From positions 1,344,826-1,408,825 of the forward strand of contig CAYOFQ010000001.1 of the NCBI GenBank assembly GCA_964403585.1: a stretch of DNA of 64,000 nt. The letters are read 5' to 3'. This DNA comes from an uncultured Gammaproteobacteria bacterium (GTDB lineage: Bacteria; Patescibacteriota; Microgenomatia; JALYQM01). Made by a program: the position numbers and the translations under genes. Within the stretch, counting starts at the first letter, position 1. Every line of letters begins with the position of its first letter. Shown in pieces: positions 9,884-19,627 of the stretch. The notes below the pieces were generated by a model. It saw nothing but the letters and a program-made list of their open reading frames with translations, searched no databases and had not been told where the DNA came from.

Positions 9884-9964
9884 CTATCTGCTTTTTCTTT
9901 TTGCTGTTTTTTTAGCTGCTTTCTTAACTGTCTTTTTCTTAGCTGCTTTTTTCTTTGCTGCCAT
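9884..9964 (-). CDS. Small Lys/Ala-rich basic peptide (26 aa, MAAKKKAAKKKTVKKAAKKTAKRKSR); possibly a ribosome- or nucleic-acid-associated small protein
   Basis: Not in the ORF track (<60 aa). ATG at 9964..9962 is preceded by GGAGGTG at 7-nt spacing. TAG stop at 9886..9884. An intrinsic terminator lies ~25 nt downstream. Confidence 0.4.
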   Translation of the reverse strand: MAAKKKAAKKKTVKKAAKKTAKRKSR

Positions 9965-10066
9965 GGTGAGTTCACCTCCCTCATAAAACTAATAGTATAT
10001 TTTTAGCGTAGCGGGTATTGTGTATGACGTCAACAGTTTAATTAAACAAAACGGGAGTTAGTACCT

Positions 10067-10480
10067 TTAATCAAGTGTTTTCATTACATCCCGACTCCCC
10101 TGGGATGTTTTCAAAATGTCACATTCCTTTTGCGTAAATAAAAACGTTCCCTCGGCCAACTGGCAGGATATCATTTCAGCTTGGGGATCCGGATTGGCAT
10201 CAATCACATTTAACTCATCACATCCTTGTTGACTAATCGTATACGTTCCATAACTTAATACACAATCAATGGGAAAGTCTGATACAAGTTCCGATGAGTC
10301 ACTGGCAGTTGAAGCTATTTCATTTCCCGATTCGTCATCTACAAAAGGATTTAACAATACCGAATTTTTATGCTGCATCATAAAATATGAGTAAGCAAAA
10401 AAAGCTGATATCAATAGTACAATCACACAAATTGTGATCAGGATTTTTTTCATCATCTGCAGTATAACATATGAGTTCAA
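10067..10480 (-). CDS. Small secreted/membrane-anchored protein with two Cys-containing internal repeats
   Basis: N-terminal hydrophobic segment KKILITICVIVLLISAFFAYSYF. Repeats centred on CDELNV and CDILKT. Confidence 0.4.
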   Translation of the reverse strand: MNSYVILQMMKKILITICVIVLLISAFFAYSYFMMQHKNSVLLNPFVDDESGNEIASTASDSSELVSDFPIDCVLSYGTYTISQQGCDELNVIDANPDPQAEMISCQLAEGTFLFTQKECDILKTSQGSRDVMKTLD

Positions 10481-10505
10481 TAACTACCTGAAGGTTGGCT
10501 GAGTA

Positions 10506-11087
10506 TTAATCATTTCTCGTCCACAAAGATAACTCTGTCGGAATTGTAGTGTCATAAAAATCATCCTGCACAGTAATGTCCTCAAGTATCCGCCGAATCA
10601 TCGGATGTACTTCCGGGTGTAGGATGGCTTCGTGCAAAGAAACCCACAACAAAGCACCTTCATCATCATCAAACAAGTAATTACCATGCAGTCCGGTAGC
10701 TACAAACACTTCTCCCCGGCAATTCCCCTGCTCATCATTTTGCCAGGCTATTCGTCCCCTATGCGTTACTATCTTCGCATCATGCCCCACCTCTTCCCGT
10801 AATTCACGCCTCCCTTCACTAGCCAGGTATGACGGAGTAACTGCTTCAGGAGTTATTCGGATATGACCACCTACTGTAGAAATCCAGTCACCGCCTGCCC
10901 GGCCACTCGCCCGGCGCATTAAACAAACCTCAAACTCTCCGGTTTCTTCAACATACCGTAAAGGGAATACAAAAGAAAAATAATTAGGATTATCTACCGG
11001 AGCATGTGGTTCACCTAAAAAATCTGCTTGTTGAGTTTCAATTACACCCATTGCCCCTAAAATAGCTAAAGCGCTTTTTAAAAACAA
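10506..11087 (-). CDS. NUDIX-family hydrolase
   Basis: NUDIX box-like RELREEVGHD preceded by a GGHIRITPE segment. 193 aa. Confidence 0.55.
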   Translation of the reverse strand: MFLKSALAILGAMGVIETQQADFLGEPHAPVDNPNYFSFVFPLRYVEETGEFEVCLMRRASGRAGGDWISTVGGHIRITPEAVTPSYLASEGRRELREEVGHDAKIVTHRGRIAWQNDEQGNCRGEVFVATGLHGNYLFDDDEGALLWVSLHEAILHPEVHPMIRRILEDITVQDDFYDTTIPTELSLWTRND

Positions 11088-11096
11088 GAGGAAATC

Positions 11097-12167
11097 CTAT
11101 ACCAGTTTATATCGTGACGCCTTAGTGGTTCCTTCTTTTTTAACTAAGCGTTTTTTTATCAAATCCTGCATATCACGAAGAATAGTGTCATCAGATACTC
11201 CTGACAACAAATTTCGCCACTCTTTATTGGTTATACCGCCATAGTCCTCCATGTACTCTACAAGTACCATTTGACGTTCATTGAGGGTTATCTGACCGAC
11301 TTTATTCTGTAATTTCAGGTCCACAGAAAGTTTTTTTACTTTTTCTTTGACCCGGGCTAATTCTACTGCCAGCCCTTCCGAAAAATACTCCAGCCATTCG
11401 GTCAAATCACGTTCATTATTATCTACAACCAGTTGATTTGACGTATTTTGTAATGTTTGAAAATAACGCACTGAGTCACGATCAAAATATTCCTCAATCG
11501 AGAAGAAACGTTTAACATCATACCCGCCTTTGAATAACACCAGAATTGCCAGCGCCCGCGAAACACGTCCATTACCATCAACAAATGGATGTATTCGAAC
11601 CAGTTCGTAGTGAGTTATCCCGGCTTTCAGAACAGGATGCAATTCCTCACCTTGTGGGCTATTGAGCCATCCCAGAAACATATTCACCAGGGCAGGAACG
11701 TTGTACTTAGAGGGCGGGCGGAAGCTGGTCATTCCGGTACGTGAACTCTTTAAAACAACCTCAACTTCCCGTAATTGTCCTAAACGCTCAGGCGGCAAAA
11801 TATTCTCCATAACAATTTCGTGAAGCTTAAGTACCGTTCCTAAGTCTACCGGTTTTCCGGCTTCGGTTTCGGTTCGCGACCACTTATCTATATATCTCAG
11901 CACGTTCCGATAATTAATTACTTCCTGAACATCACGCTCACGCGCCGGAACAGCCCTACCTTCAAGGGCACCCTTTACTTCACCAATCGTCATTGGATTT
12001 CCCTCTACGTGAGTACCATGGTGTACCGAACGCAATACGGCTTCTTCCCGGAATTTCACTTCCCACTGAGGAACAAGCGGCGAATTCTCTATTATTTCCT
12101 TCGCCACTTCAATCTGTGAAATGTATTTTAATATTTTCTGGTTGATAATAAACTTCGGCTGAAACAT
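11097..12167 (-). CDS. Fic/DOC family protein (AMPylase-type) with C-terminal winged-helix domain
   Basis: Canonical Fic motif HPFVDGNGRVSRAL. Upstream VEGNPMT segment resembles the auto-inhibitory (S/T)xxxE(G/N) helix. C-terminal ~90 aa are helix-turn-helix-like. Confidence 0.85.
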   Translation of the reverse strand: MFQPKFIINQKILKYISQIEVAKEIIENSPLVPQWEVKFREEAVLRSVHHGTHVEGNPMTIGEVKGALEGRAVPARERDVQEVINYRNVLRYIDKWSRTETEAGKPVDLGTVLKLHEIVMENILPPERLGQLREVEVVLKSSRTGMTSFRPPSKYNVPALVNMFLGWLNSPQGEELHPVLKAGITHYELVRIHPFVDGNGRVSRALAILVLFKGGYDVKRFFSIEEYFDRDSVRYFQTLQNTSNQLVVDNNERDLTEWLEYFSEGLAVELARVKEKVKKLSVDLKLQNKVGQITLNERQMVLVEYMEDYGGITNKEWRNLLSGVSDDTILRDMQDLIKKRLVKKEGTTKASRYKLV

Positions 12168-12261
12168 ATTCTCATGCTGCCATAATTATGCGGGAATTGC
12201 AACTAAAATCACCCTTGCAACTGAAAAATTATAACCATACAATAAAATAAAGCAAAAGTTT

Positions 12262-12993
12262 ATGGAAGATCTCAGCCAACCAAAAACACCGGAAAAAAAC
12301 ATATCCCCTTCAAAATATGTTTTTATCGGCATCCTAATCCTGATCCTTGGATTAATGGTATTCGGCATTTACCGAAACTTTCAGTACGCTACGCAAACTG
12401 AAAAAATTGGCGCCCAACAACAACCAATAACCTTTCCCGCAACCCCAACACCGACACCAATTGCACATGTCTGCGCTGAAAAGGGCAATTATACTATTAA
12501 CCAACCGCAAAACTATACATTTAGTAAAGCATGTTTATTTGTACCTAATCAAATTTATACCGATGATAACCGGTTCACGTTCTTTAATCTTCCTCCCTAC
12601 CTTCGCAATATTTCATACATAAAAACTCCGAACTTCTCAGTTAAAGAAGACAAACAACTTCAGTGGTCAATTTCGCTGCATCAGCGCGCTGACGTGTATA
12701 TCATGTACCGAAAAATTCCGGGTCAAAATCCCCCGGCCTGGATCAAGGATAACTATCAGAAAGTTACCCCGGATAATTTTGTCGAACTGATTACCTACGC
12801 ATTACGCAGAAATGAGCTGGGACTGATTGGTGTGTATGATATCTACAAATACCGCAAAGTAACCACACAAACCAACCAGCGACAATTATTGCCGCTCCCA
12901 ACCGGGACAACAGGTCAAGTAAGTTTCGGACCGGCATCAGACAACACCGTCACTGCCTACTCAATGTATGTGGTCGCAGTACGCTCATACTAA
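12262..12993 (+). CDS. Membrane-anchored secreted protein carrying an unknown conserved domain (paralog family member A)
   Basis: N-terminal TM (YVFIGILILILGLMVFGIY), then a PT linker. Domain has IYTDDNRFTFF ... LQWSISL ... YIMYRKIPGQNPPAWI ... RRNELGLIGVYDIY ... TAYSMYVVA. It is paralogous to parts of the 25144..25758 and 49797..51443 genes. Confidence 0.55.
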   Translation: MEDLSQPKTPEKNISPSKYVFIGILILILGLMVFGIYRNFQYATQTEKIGAQQQPITFPATPTPTPIAHVCAEKGNYTINQPQNYTFSKACLFVPNQIYTDDNRFTFFNLPPYLRNISYIKTPNFSVKEDKQLQWSISLHQRADVYIMYRKIPGQNPPAWIKDNYQKVTPDNFVELITYALRRNELGLIGVYDIYKYRKVTTQTNQRQLLPLPTGTTGQVSFGPASDNTVTAYSMYVVAVRSY

Positions 12994-13040
12994 ATCCAAA
13001 CCGTTGCAACCGCAAACATAATCTCCTACAATAAAATTGC

Positions 13041-15086
13041 ATGCTACGAAAATTTATTGGTTTTTTTACTATAATCGGCATAATCGCACTCGTTCTACAA
13101 CCGCATAATACAATTCCCACTACCGCTGCAGGGTGTACCAAGCCGGCTTCCATGATGTTACTCGTTGATAAATCGAACAGCATGGAAGGCTCAGGAGCCG
13201 AATTTCCTCCCTATGCCGACCGGGAGGATGCAGCTAAAAAAATTACATCCACATTTGTTAACAAAATAAATTTCAGCCAGGACAAAGTTGGATTGATGAC
13301 CTTTGCTGAAACTCCCCGCCTGGAAGCAGCCATTGGATCAAGCAAAACCACTATCTTAAGTAAGCTTGCGGGATATAATAATGAACCGGGCACTCGAATA
13401 TTTGCCGCTTTAAATGCAGCCTACGCCGCCTTGCCAAAAGATAACACCACTGCCAGGTACATTATTATGCCAACCGATGGAAAACATTACGACGATCCGG
13501 GCGAAACGGCCGACTGGCGGGATGCCGAAACGTTGAAAGCCGCCGCGACGATCAAAAACGCCGGAGTAATAATTGTTACCTTAGGAATTGTTGATGCCGA
13601 CAGTAAATTATTAGACAAAGTAGCCACTCCGGGCTATTCCTTTTTTGCCAAAAGCTCAAGAGAACTTGAAAATTTCTTTGATGTGGTTGCCCAGCGGGTT
13701 ATTTGTAACGTCAAAACAGCTACTCCTAAGGCGTCCACTACAGGAACTCCCAAACCGGCCACTGCGACACCAAAACCAACACTCCCTCCAGGTGAATGTG
13801 GAACCACTGGGGTCTGTTCACGCAAGCAAATTGGTACTTACTCACTGAATGTTTTTTCTGAAGAATCTACGCTAATAACCGGTTCAACATATTGGGTTAA
13901 ATTAACAATTAAAGGCCGAACCGACTATAATGACGGCACCTTGGTGATCCATGAGAAACTTAATCCCGGCGCTTTCGAATTAGTTTCTCCCACCAGTAAT
14001 ATTGAAATATATAAAAAAGTAGGTTCGGGTTCACCCATCTACCAAACCGATACTATCTGTAATTCGGGAAGCTGTTTAAGCAATATTGCTGCAGATAGCA
14101 TGGATATTAGTATTCCCAACCTTAAAGCCGATGAAGAAAGTTATATATACTTCGCCGTTAAACCTATCATTGAATCTGCAACTTCCATTGATGTCGATAG
14201 TACCACTAGCAATATTGCCTACCCACAGTTAACAACTGGCATAACCCTCGATAACACCAAAGCTGCAATTCCGGCGTCACAGACTTTCTTTCAAACTTCG
14301 GGAGGAGACACCTACTCGCATGCTGATACCGATGATGCCATCGATTCTTCACTTCCCAAAGATAAATTTTTTACCGGCAGCAACAATCATGTCGTCTTAT
14401 ATAAAGGCGGCAATGCCAGTTTCGGCAAAGGTGAAGTTAATCCTAAAAAATGGCAATCCAATAGTTACTCCATTCATAACACTATAGAATATGAATCACT
14501 ATACAATGAATATAAAAACCAAATCCAGCCGGTTGAAATAAAAGGTGTAAGCAGTTTCAAAAATATTCCCGGTGAAAGTATTTACATTGAGCACTCCAGC
14601 ACCGGAAATAATGACTTAACCATCGGTGGCGGAAACTGGGATAACCAGACCATTCAAGGGAAAAATGTCGTAATATTTGTGAACGGCGATCTTTATATAA
14701 CTCGTCAGGGTGCCAGCAGCTACACTATCGCAGCTGACGGTAAATCCTCACTAACCTTTGTCGTAAAGGGCAGAATAGGAATCGATCCGGGAGTAACCTC
14801 TGTGCAGGGCATCTTTTTATCCGACGGAGTCATTGACACCAGTTGCACAGTACCGGCCGATGCTGCCTGCAGTCCCTCTCTGACGACTTCTCCGCTTAAC
14901 TCAACATTGTCTCTTGAAGGATACTTCTTCTCTTCTGATGCCGGCAATAAAGGAGGCTTCCAACTCGACCGCAAGGGCGTTCCAAACACCTCACCTGGTG
15001 AACTGTTTAAAGCCCGCCCCGATTTCTACCTGGCCGTTACCCATGGACTGGGTCGGGTCCAAATTGATTGGAAAGAAACCATCTAA
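13041..15086 (+). CDS. Secreted von Willebrand factor A (vWA) domain protein with PT linker and large C-terminal beta-rich domain
   Basis: Signal/TM FIGFFTIIGIIALVL. vWA MIDAS motif LLVDKSNSM, plus a later IIMPTDGKH segment. Linker TPKASTTGTPKPATATPKPTLPP. 681 aa. Confidence 0.7.
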   Translation: MLRKFIGFFTIIGIIALVLQPHNTIPTTAAGCTKPASMMLLVDKSNSMEGSGAEFPPYADREDAAKKITSTFVNKINFSQDKVGLMTFAETPRLEAAIGSSKTTILSKLAGYNNEPGTRIFAALNAAYAALPKDNTTARYIIMPTDGKHYDDPGETADWRDAETLKAAATIKNAGVIIVTLGIVDADSKLLDKVATPGYSFFAKSSRELENFFDVVAQRVICNVKTATPKASTTGTPKPATATPKPTLPPGECGTTGVCSRKQIGTYSLNVFSEESTLITGSTYWVKLTIKGRTDYNDGTLVIHEKLNPGAFELVSPTSNIEIYKKVGSGSPIYQTDTICNSGSCLSNIAADSMDISIPNLKADEESYIYFAVKPIIESATSIDVDSTTSNIAYPQLTTGITLDNTKAAIPASQTFFQTSGGDTYSHADTDDAIDSSLPKDKFFTGSNNHVVLYKGGNASFGKGEVNPKKWQSNSYSIHNTIEYESLYNEYKNQIQPVEIKGVSSFKNIPGESIYIEHSSTGNNDLTIGGGNWDNQTIQGKNVVIFVNGDLYITRQGASSYTIAADGKSSLTFVVKGRIGIDPGVTSVQGIFLSDGVIDTSCTVPADAACSPSLTTSPLNSTLSLEGYFFSSDAGNKGGFQLDRKGVPNTSPGELFKARPDFYLAVTHGLGRVQIDWKETI

Positions 15087-15114
15087 GTATCCTTTTGTGT
15101 TACAATTTAAGAGT

Positions 15115-15882
15115 ATGTTTCCAAGTATTCAAGCCGATACCTCATTGTGGTTGAAGATTATCATTGTCCTTTTGGGATCATATATACTCAATGTAATTAT
15201 GCGTCGGGTTTTTGAGCAGATTTTTGCTAAAACCTCAACACCCAAAACCAGAACAGTATTACACCTGTTACAAAACGCGGTATCAGTAGTGATCTTAATA
15301 ATCGCTATACTTACCATTCTGTCGGCACTAAATATTAACATTCTTCCTCTACTCGCCTCCGCCGGTATCGTCGGCTTTACCATCGGTTTTGGCAGCCAGG
15401 CCATTATTAAGGATCTTATTACCGGCCTCTTCTTACTAACCGGCGATGTTTTTTATGAAGGAGATATTATCAAAGTGGGTGAAGTTGAGGGTAAAGTAGA
15501 AAAAGTTGGCATCCGGGCAGTAACGGTTCGCGACATCAACGGCGTTGTGCATACCATTCCCAACGGAACCATCGGCACAATCGCTAATTTAACCAAAGAA
15601 TGGTCCCGTGCCAACATCGATATCGGAGTGTCCACCGAGCATCCGATTGATGATATACTGAAGCTTTTTGAAGAAGAGGCCGAAAAATTAAAAAATGACC
15701 CCAATCTCGGAACGTGGATCATCGGCTCACCTAAAATTGATGGAGTAATCGACATTACCGCCACAAAAATTACCATTAAAACATTGATCAAAACCAATCA
15801 GGCAAAAAAATGGGACATGGAGCGCGAATTCAAATACCGTATCAAGAAACGGTTCGAACAGGACAATTTAAAATTTGCCTAG
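15115..15882 (+). CDS. mscS: Small-conductance mechanosensitive channel (MscS family)
   Basis: ORF listed from 14914, but that overlaps the upstream gene, so the internal ATG 15115 (MFPSIQADTSLWLKII) is preferred. TM helices, then the MscS beta-domain signature GFGSQAIIKDLITGLFLL..GDVFYEGDIIKV..VEGKVEKVGIRAVTVRDINGVVHTIPNG. Confidence 0.75.
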   Translation: MFPSIQADTSLWLKIIIVLLGSYILNVIMRRVFEQIFAKTSTPKTRTVLHLLQNAVSVVILIIAILTILSALNINILPLLASAGIVGFTIGFGSQAIIKDLITGLFLLTGDVFYEGDIIKVGEVEGKVEKVGIRAVTVRDINGVVHTIPNGTIGTIANLTKEWSRANIDIGVSTEHPIDDILKLFEEEAEKLKNDPNLGTWIIGSPKIDGVIDITATKITIKTLIKTNQAKKWDMEREFKYRIKKRFEQDNLKFA

Positions 15883-16244
15883 AAACTATAGCCCCGCACT
15901 TCATCGGGCAAAGTAAACGACATCCGCCGCATCATTGAACCTCCCACGGCTTCACGCAAGGTAAATAACACCGCTTTAGTCAGTTCATGAGCAGATGTTG
16001 ATAAGTTGTGGCGATTAATTTCGTTCTCCAAATACGTAAACCAGTCCGTTTGTCCCGAGCGCTTCTCTGCAACCCACCATAAACCACGAATATCATCAGA
16101 AAGCTTGCCCAGCATCCGGTACGGATCACTCGAAAAATACTCCTTCAACAGAGCAAAGATTAATCGTGTGCCTTGTTGCGCTTCCCGCAGGTTTTCCATG
16201 CGCCCTCTGAACTGAACTTTATGCAGAAAATCTTGAGTCGTCAT
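15879..16244 (-). CDS. DUF2267-like small protein
   Basis: 121 aa. N-terminal FLHKVQFRG and the REAVGG pattern resemble DUF2267 family proteins. Directly upstream of the SDR gene. Confidence 0.4.
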   Translation of the reverse strand: MTTQDFLHKVQFRGRMENLREAQQGTRLIFALLKEYFSSDPYRMLGKLSDDIRGLWWVAEKRSGQTDWFTYLENEINRHNLSTSAHELTKAVLFTLREAVGGSMMRRMSFTLPDEVRGYSF

Positions 16245-16259
16245 AATAAATCCTTTTCT

Positions 16260-17132
16260 TTAACCATTAATTACTGTACCACCATTCGGATGAAGCATTT
16301 GACCGCTCATATAGGAGGACTCGTCACTTGCCAGAAAAACATAGCACGGCGCCACTTCTTCAGGCTGGCCTGCTCTACCAAGCGGCACATCCTTACCAAA
16401 TGAAGCAACCTTTTCCTCATTAAATGTTGAAGGAATAAGTGGTGTCCAGATTGGCCCCGGAGCTACACCATTTACCCGTATTTTCTTTTCAGCCAATGCC
16501 ATCGAAAGCGAACGCGTAAAGGCCACAATGGCACCTTTCGTCGACGAGTAATCAAGGAGCTGCGGACTCCCTTTATAGGCTGTAACAGAAGCAGTATTAA
16601 TAATCGTACTTCCTTCTTTCAAATATTTGAGTGCTGCTTTTACAATGTAGAACATCGAGAAAATGTTAGTACGAAAAGTACGTTCTAACTGCTCTTTGGT
16701 AATTTTTTTGATACTCTCTTGGGGATGCTGTTCCGCAGCGTTGTTGACTACTACGTCAAGCCTGCCCAGTTCCTTGACCGTTTGCTCAACTGACTGTTTG
16801 CAAAAACTCTCATCGCCCACATCGCCTGAGATAAGCAAACACCTACGGTCATATTTCTCAACCATCCGTTTTGTTTCTTCAGCATCCTCATCCTCATCAA
16901 GGTACACAATCGACACATTTGCGCCTTCTTTGGCATACAATACCGCGACCGCACGGCCAATACCACTGTCACCACCGGTTATCAAAGCAACCTTACCGTC
17001 CAGCTTCCCGCTCGCCTTTTGATTCGGATCCTCTGCTTTAGGTTTGGGAGTCATTTCGGATTCAATACCAGGTTGTTGATCTTGATGTTGCGGAGGCTGA
17101 AGTTGTTCATTGTCTTTACCGGACTGTGCCAT
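16260..17132 (-). CDS. Short-chain dehydrogenase/reductase (SDR) family oxidoreductase
   Basis: Rossmann motif ITGGDSGIGRAVAV. NNAA motif (VVVNNAAEQHP). Catalytic YxxxK (SVTAYKGSP). 290 aa with a Pro/Gln-rich N-tail. Confidence 0.85.
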   Translation of the reverse strand: MAQSGKDNEQLQPPQHQDQQPGIESEMTPKPKAEDPNQKASGKLDGKVALITGGDSGIGRAVAVLYAKEGANVSIVYLDEDEDAEETKRMVEKYDRRCLLISGDVGDESFCKQSVEQTVKELGRLDVVVNNAAEQHPQESIKKITKEQLERTFRTNIFSMFYIVKAALKYLKEGSTIINTASVTAYKGSPQLLDYSSTKGAIVAFTRSLSMALAEKKIRVNGVAPGPIWTPLIPSTFNEEKVASFGKDVPLGRAGQPEEVAPCYVFLASDESSYMSGQMLHPNGGTVING

Positions 17133-17247
17133 AGCTTTCTCCTTACAATATTAGTATAATAATTAAGTACAATAAGATTATATACAAAATGTGAAGGATA
17201 CACAACCAAGGCTTTACCCTATACTTATTTTCTAGTACTATTTCCAT

Positions 17248-18300
17248 ATGCTCATTCGCGAATTGTTTATTAACGAAAAAGAACGGTATAACTCGGTCGT
17301 TAAACACATCGTACAGTCCTGGGAGTGGGGTGACGCGAAAGAAGCAACCGGAAAAAAGGTATTTAAATACGGTTTCTTTGATAATACGAATTTATTGGAC
17401 GGGTTCGAATTATCCCTGCACCCGCTGCCCTCCCCTCTCAATATGTGGAACATCGGGTATTTACCAAAATGTACAATGCCAACCGAAGATATGTTGTACT
17501 CGCTTCACGCATTTGGCCAGAAACACAATTGTATTTTTATTAAAATTGAACCAAACATCTACGGACCATCTCAGGATCCTAATGTCCAAAATTATCTGGA
17601 AATGACACGCAAACAGCTAATCAGCACCAAAGATCTTCTGGTCACCCCGGGAAAAGAACTTTTTACACGCTACAATTTCCTGCTCGACATTACCAAACCC
17701 GATGAAGAATTGTTAGCTAATATGCACGAAAAAACACGATACAATATCGGCTTAGCTCAACGAAAAGGAGTTACAGTTCAGGAAAGGACCGACGAAGAAG
17801 GATTCAAGATATTCCTTAAATTATATTTCGAAACAACCAAGCGCCAGGGATATTATGGACACGACGAATTTTATCATCGTAAGATCTGGGAAACCTTGCG
17901 CGCAAATAATATGGTCCGGCTACTTATAGCTTCGTATGAAAACACCCCCACCTCCACCTGGTTACTTACAAACTTTCATAACACCCTCTACTATCAATAC
18001 GGCGGATCAACGACAAAGTTCAGAAACGTGATGTCCTCCAATCTGGTTGCATGGAGCGCCATCCAATTAGGCAAACGAATGGGGCTCAACACCCTGGATT
18101 TATGGGGGGCAATGTCCTCAAAACCTGATCCTTCCGACCCTTGGTACGGATTTCACCGTTTTAAGGAAGGCTACGGTCCGACACATATCGAATACCTCGG
18201 AACGTTCGACTTGGTAATAAACCCGCCGATGTATCAGATATATAATAAGCTTGATAAGTATCGCTCAAAATGGCTGAAACTTAAAGCGAAATTCAGATAA
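17248..18300 (+). CDS. FemAB-family peptidoglycan interpeptide-bridge aminoacyltransferase-like protein
   Basis: FemAB-family landmarks: KTRYNIGLAQRKGV, YYQYGGST, LDLWGA, FHRFKEGYG. 350 aa. Confidence 0.55.
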   Translation: MLIRELFINEKERYNSVVKHIVQSWEWGDAKEATGKKVFKYGFFDNTNLLDGFELSLHPLPSPLNMWNIGYLPKCTMPTEDMLYSLHAFGQKHNCIFIKIEPNIYGPSQDPNVQNYLEMTRKQLISTKDLLVTPGKELFTRYNFLLDITKPDEELLANMHEKTRYNIGLAQRKGVTVQERTDEEGFKIFLKLYFETTKRQGYYGHDEFYHRKIWETLRANNMVRLLIASYENTPTSTWLLTNFHNTLYYQYGGSTTKFRNVMSSNLVAWSAIQLGKRMGLNTLDLWGAMSSKPDPSDPWYGFHRFKEGYGPTHIEYLGTFDLVINPPMYQIYNKLDKYRSKWLKLKAKFR

Positions 18301-18343
18301 GTATCTCTTGACAAATCCTTTTTGATTCCCGAATAATAGATAC

Positions 18344-18637
18344 ATGGCTAGATCAAAAAAAGAATCCAAAAAACCGGTACAGTTAGTCCGCTCGGATAAG
18401 AACCTGCTGGCTTTTGGGCTTTTTGGCGCAGCTTTACTAATTGGCGTATTCCTCTATTTTGATTATTTCGATATTCCACTACCCACCTACATTATGAATG
18501 TCCAGGGTGAGCGAACCTATCGAGTCGAGTCAGTGCCAGCCTCGATCAGTGAAGAAACGCCTATTCAAACACAGGAAACTGACGATGCCGATACAGTTAA
18601 TGCTGAAGAAGATCTGGATGTTGATTCAGATTATTAG
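18344..18637 (+). CDS. Small single-pass membrane protein with acidic C-terminal tail
   Basis: 97 aa. Basic N-terminus, TM LLAFGLFGAALLIGVFLYF, acidic tail. Confidence 0.4.
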   Translation: MARSKKESKKPVQLVRSDKNLLAFGLFGAALLIGVFLYFDYFDIPLPTYIMNVQGERTYRVESVPASISEETPIQTQETDDADTVNAEEDLDVDSDY

Positions 18638-19619
18638 TGAGCATTCTTTCCTCTTCTTTAAATAGTGATTGCAACTTACCTTCTACCACCTGATATTTTA
18701 CCGTTGCATCATCAAAGGCATTGCGGGCATTCCCCAGATGCTTCATGCCCAAACCAAAGGTTTCGGAGAACCGCTTAAACTCCAACTGTAAGGAACGAAA
18801 ATTCCGCATCAGCTCCATAGCCTGTGCCTCAACTTTCCGGCCTTCCAGAGATAGTAATATAACCTGCAAGTATGCATAAAACACTGACGGGCTCACAATA
18901 ATCACCTGTTTGCTCTGCGCATATTCCAGTAATTCATGCTGCTGACAAATAACTTCATAGTAAATTGACTCCGACGGTACATACATAATTGCATAGTCAA
19001 GCGATTTTTCTTCAGGAACAATATACTTCATCGAGATTGCGTCAATATGTCTCCGGACATCCCGAATAAAGTCTTTTCGTGCTCGTTCCTTTTCTTCATC
19101 ATGCGTACATTCATACATTTTTTTAAAGTTCTCCAGTGGAAACTTTGAGTCAATACACAACAAGCCCTGGTCGGTACGAATAATAGCGTCAGCAATATAC
19201 CCGTTCTTAAATGGATACTGTAAATCAAAACTTGTCCGGGGAAGATACTGTGCCAATAAATCTCGCAAAACATACTCCCCGATATTTCCGCGCAATTTTG
19301 GAGATTTCAACAAGTCACCCAAATCCCGCATGCTTCTACCAATTTCGCTCATCTCTCCAACCCGTTGCCCAACAACCGAAAGCATTTCACTGGTTTTATC
19401 AAGACGCGAGCCGATAGTTTCGTTCGTAGCCCGCATACTCCGCTCTAGGACATCAGCATTGCGGTCAAGACGATGCTGCATCTGTTCCATCCATTTACCC
19501 ATAATTTCCAACGAATGTGCATCCTGGTTCCCCTTATTCAATTTCTGGTACAGCAAAAAAAGGAACACTGCAATAATAAGCAAAAAGACAAATAAGAAAA
19601 AAATAAGTATACTATCCAT
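18597..19619 (-). CDS. rmuC: DNA recombination protein RmuC
   Basis: N-terminal TM, coiled coil, then the RmuC core: GNIGEYVLRDLLAQYLP ... DAIIRTDQGLLCIDSKFPLENF ... YAIMYVPSESIYYE. 340 aa. Confidence 0.8.
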   Translation of the reverse strand: MDSILIFFLFVFLLIIAVFLFLLYQKLNKGNQDAHSLEIMGKWMEQMQHRLDRNADVLERSMRATNETIGSRLDKTSEMLSVVGQRVGEMSEIGRSMRDLGDLLKSPKLRGNIGEYVLRDLLAQYLPRTSFDLQYPFKNGYIADAIIRTDQGLLCIDSKFPLENFKKMYECTHDEEKERARKDFIRDVRRHIDAISMKYIVPEEKSLDYAIMYVPSESIYYEVICQQHELLEYAQSKQVIIVSPSVFYAYLQVILLSLEGRKVEAQAMELMRNFRSLQLEFKRFSETFGLGMKHLGNARNAFDDATVKYQVVEGKLQSLFKEEERMLTNNLNQHPDLLQH

Positions 19620-19627
19620 AATTAAAT

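Noticed and set aside
9965-10066. TTGACG...TACGCT as promoter for the small K-rich ORF
   Set aside because: The -10 is weak and the spacing alternatives are ambiguous, so it is not reported as a feature.
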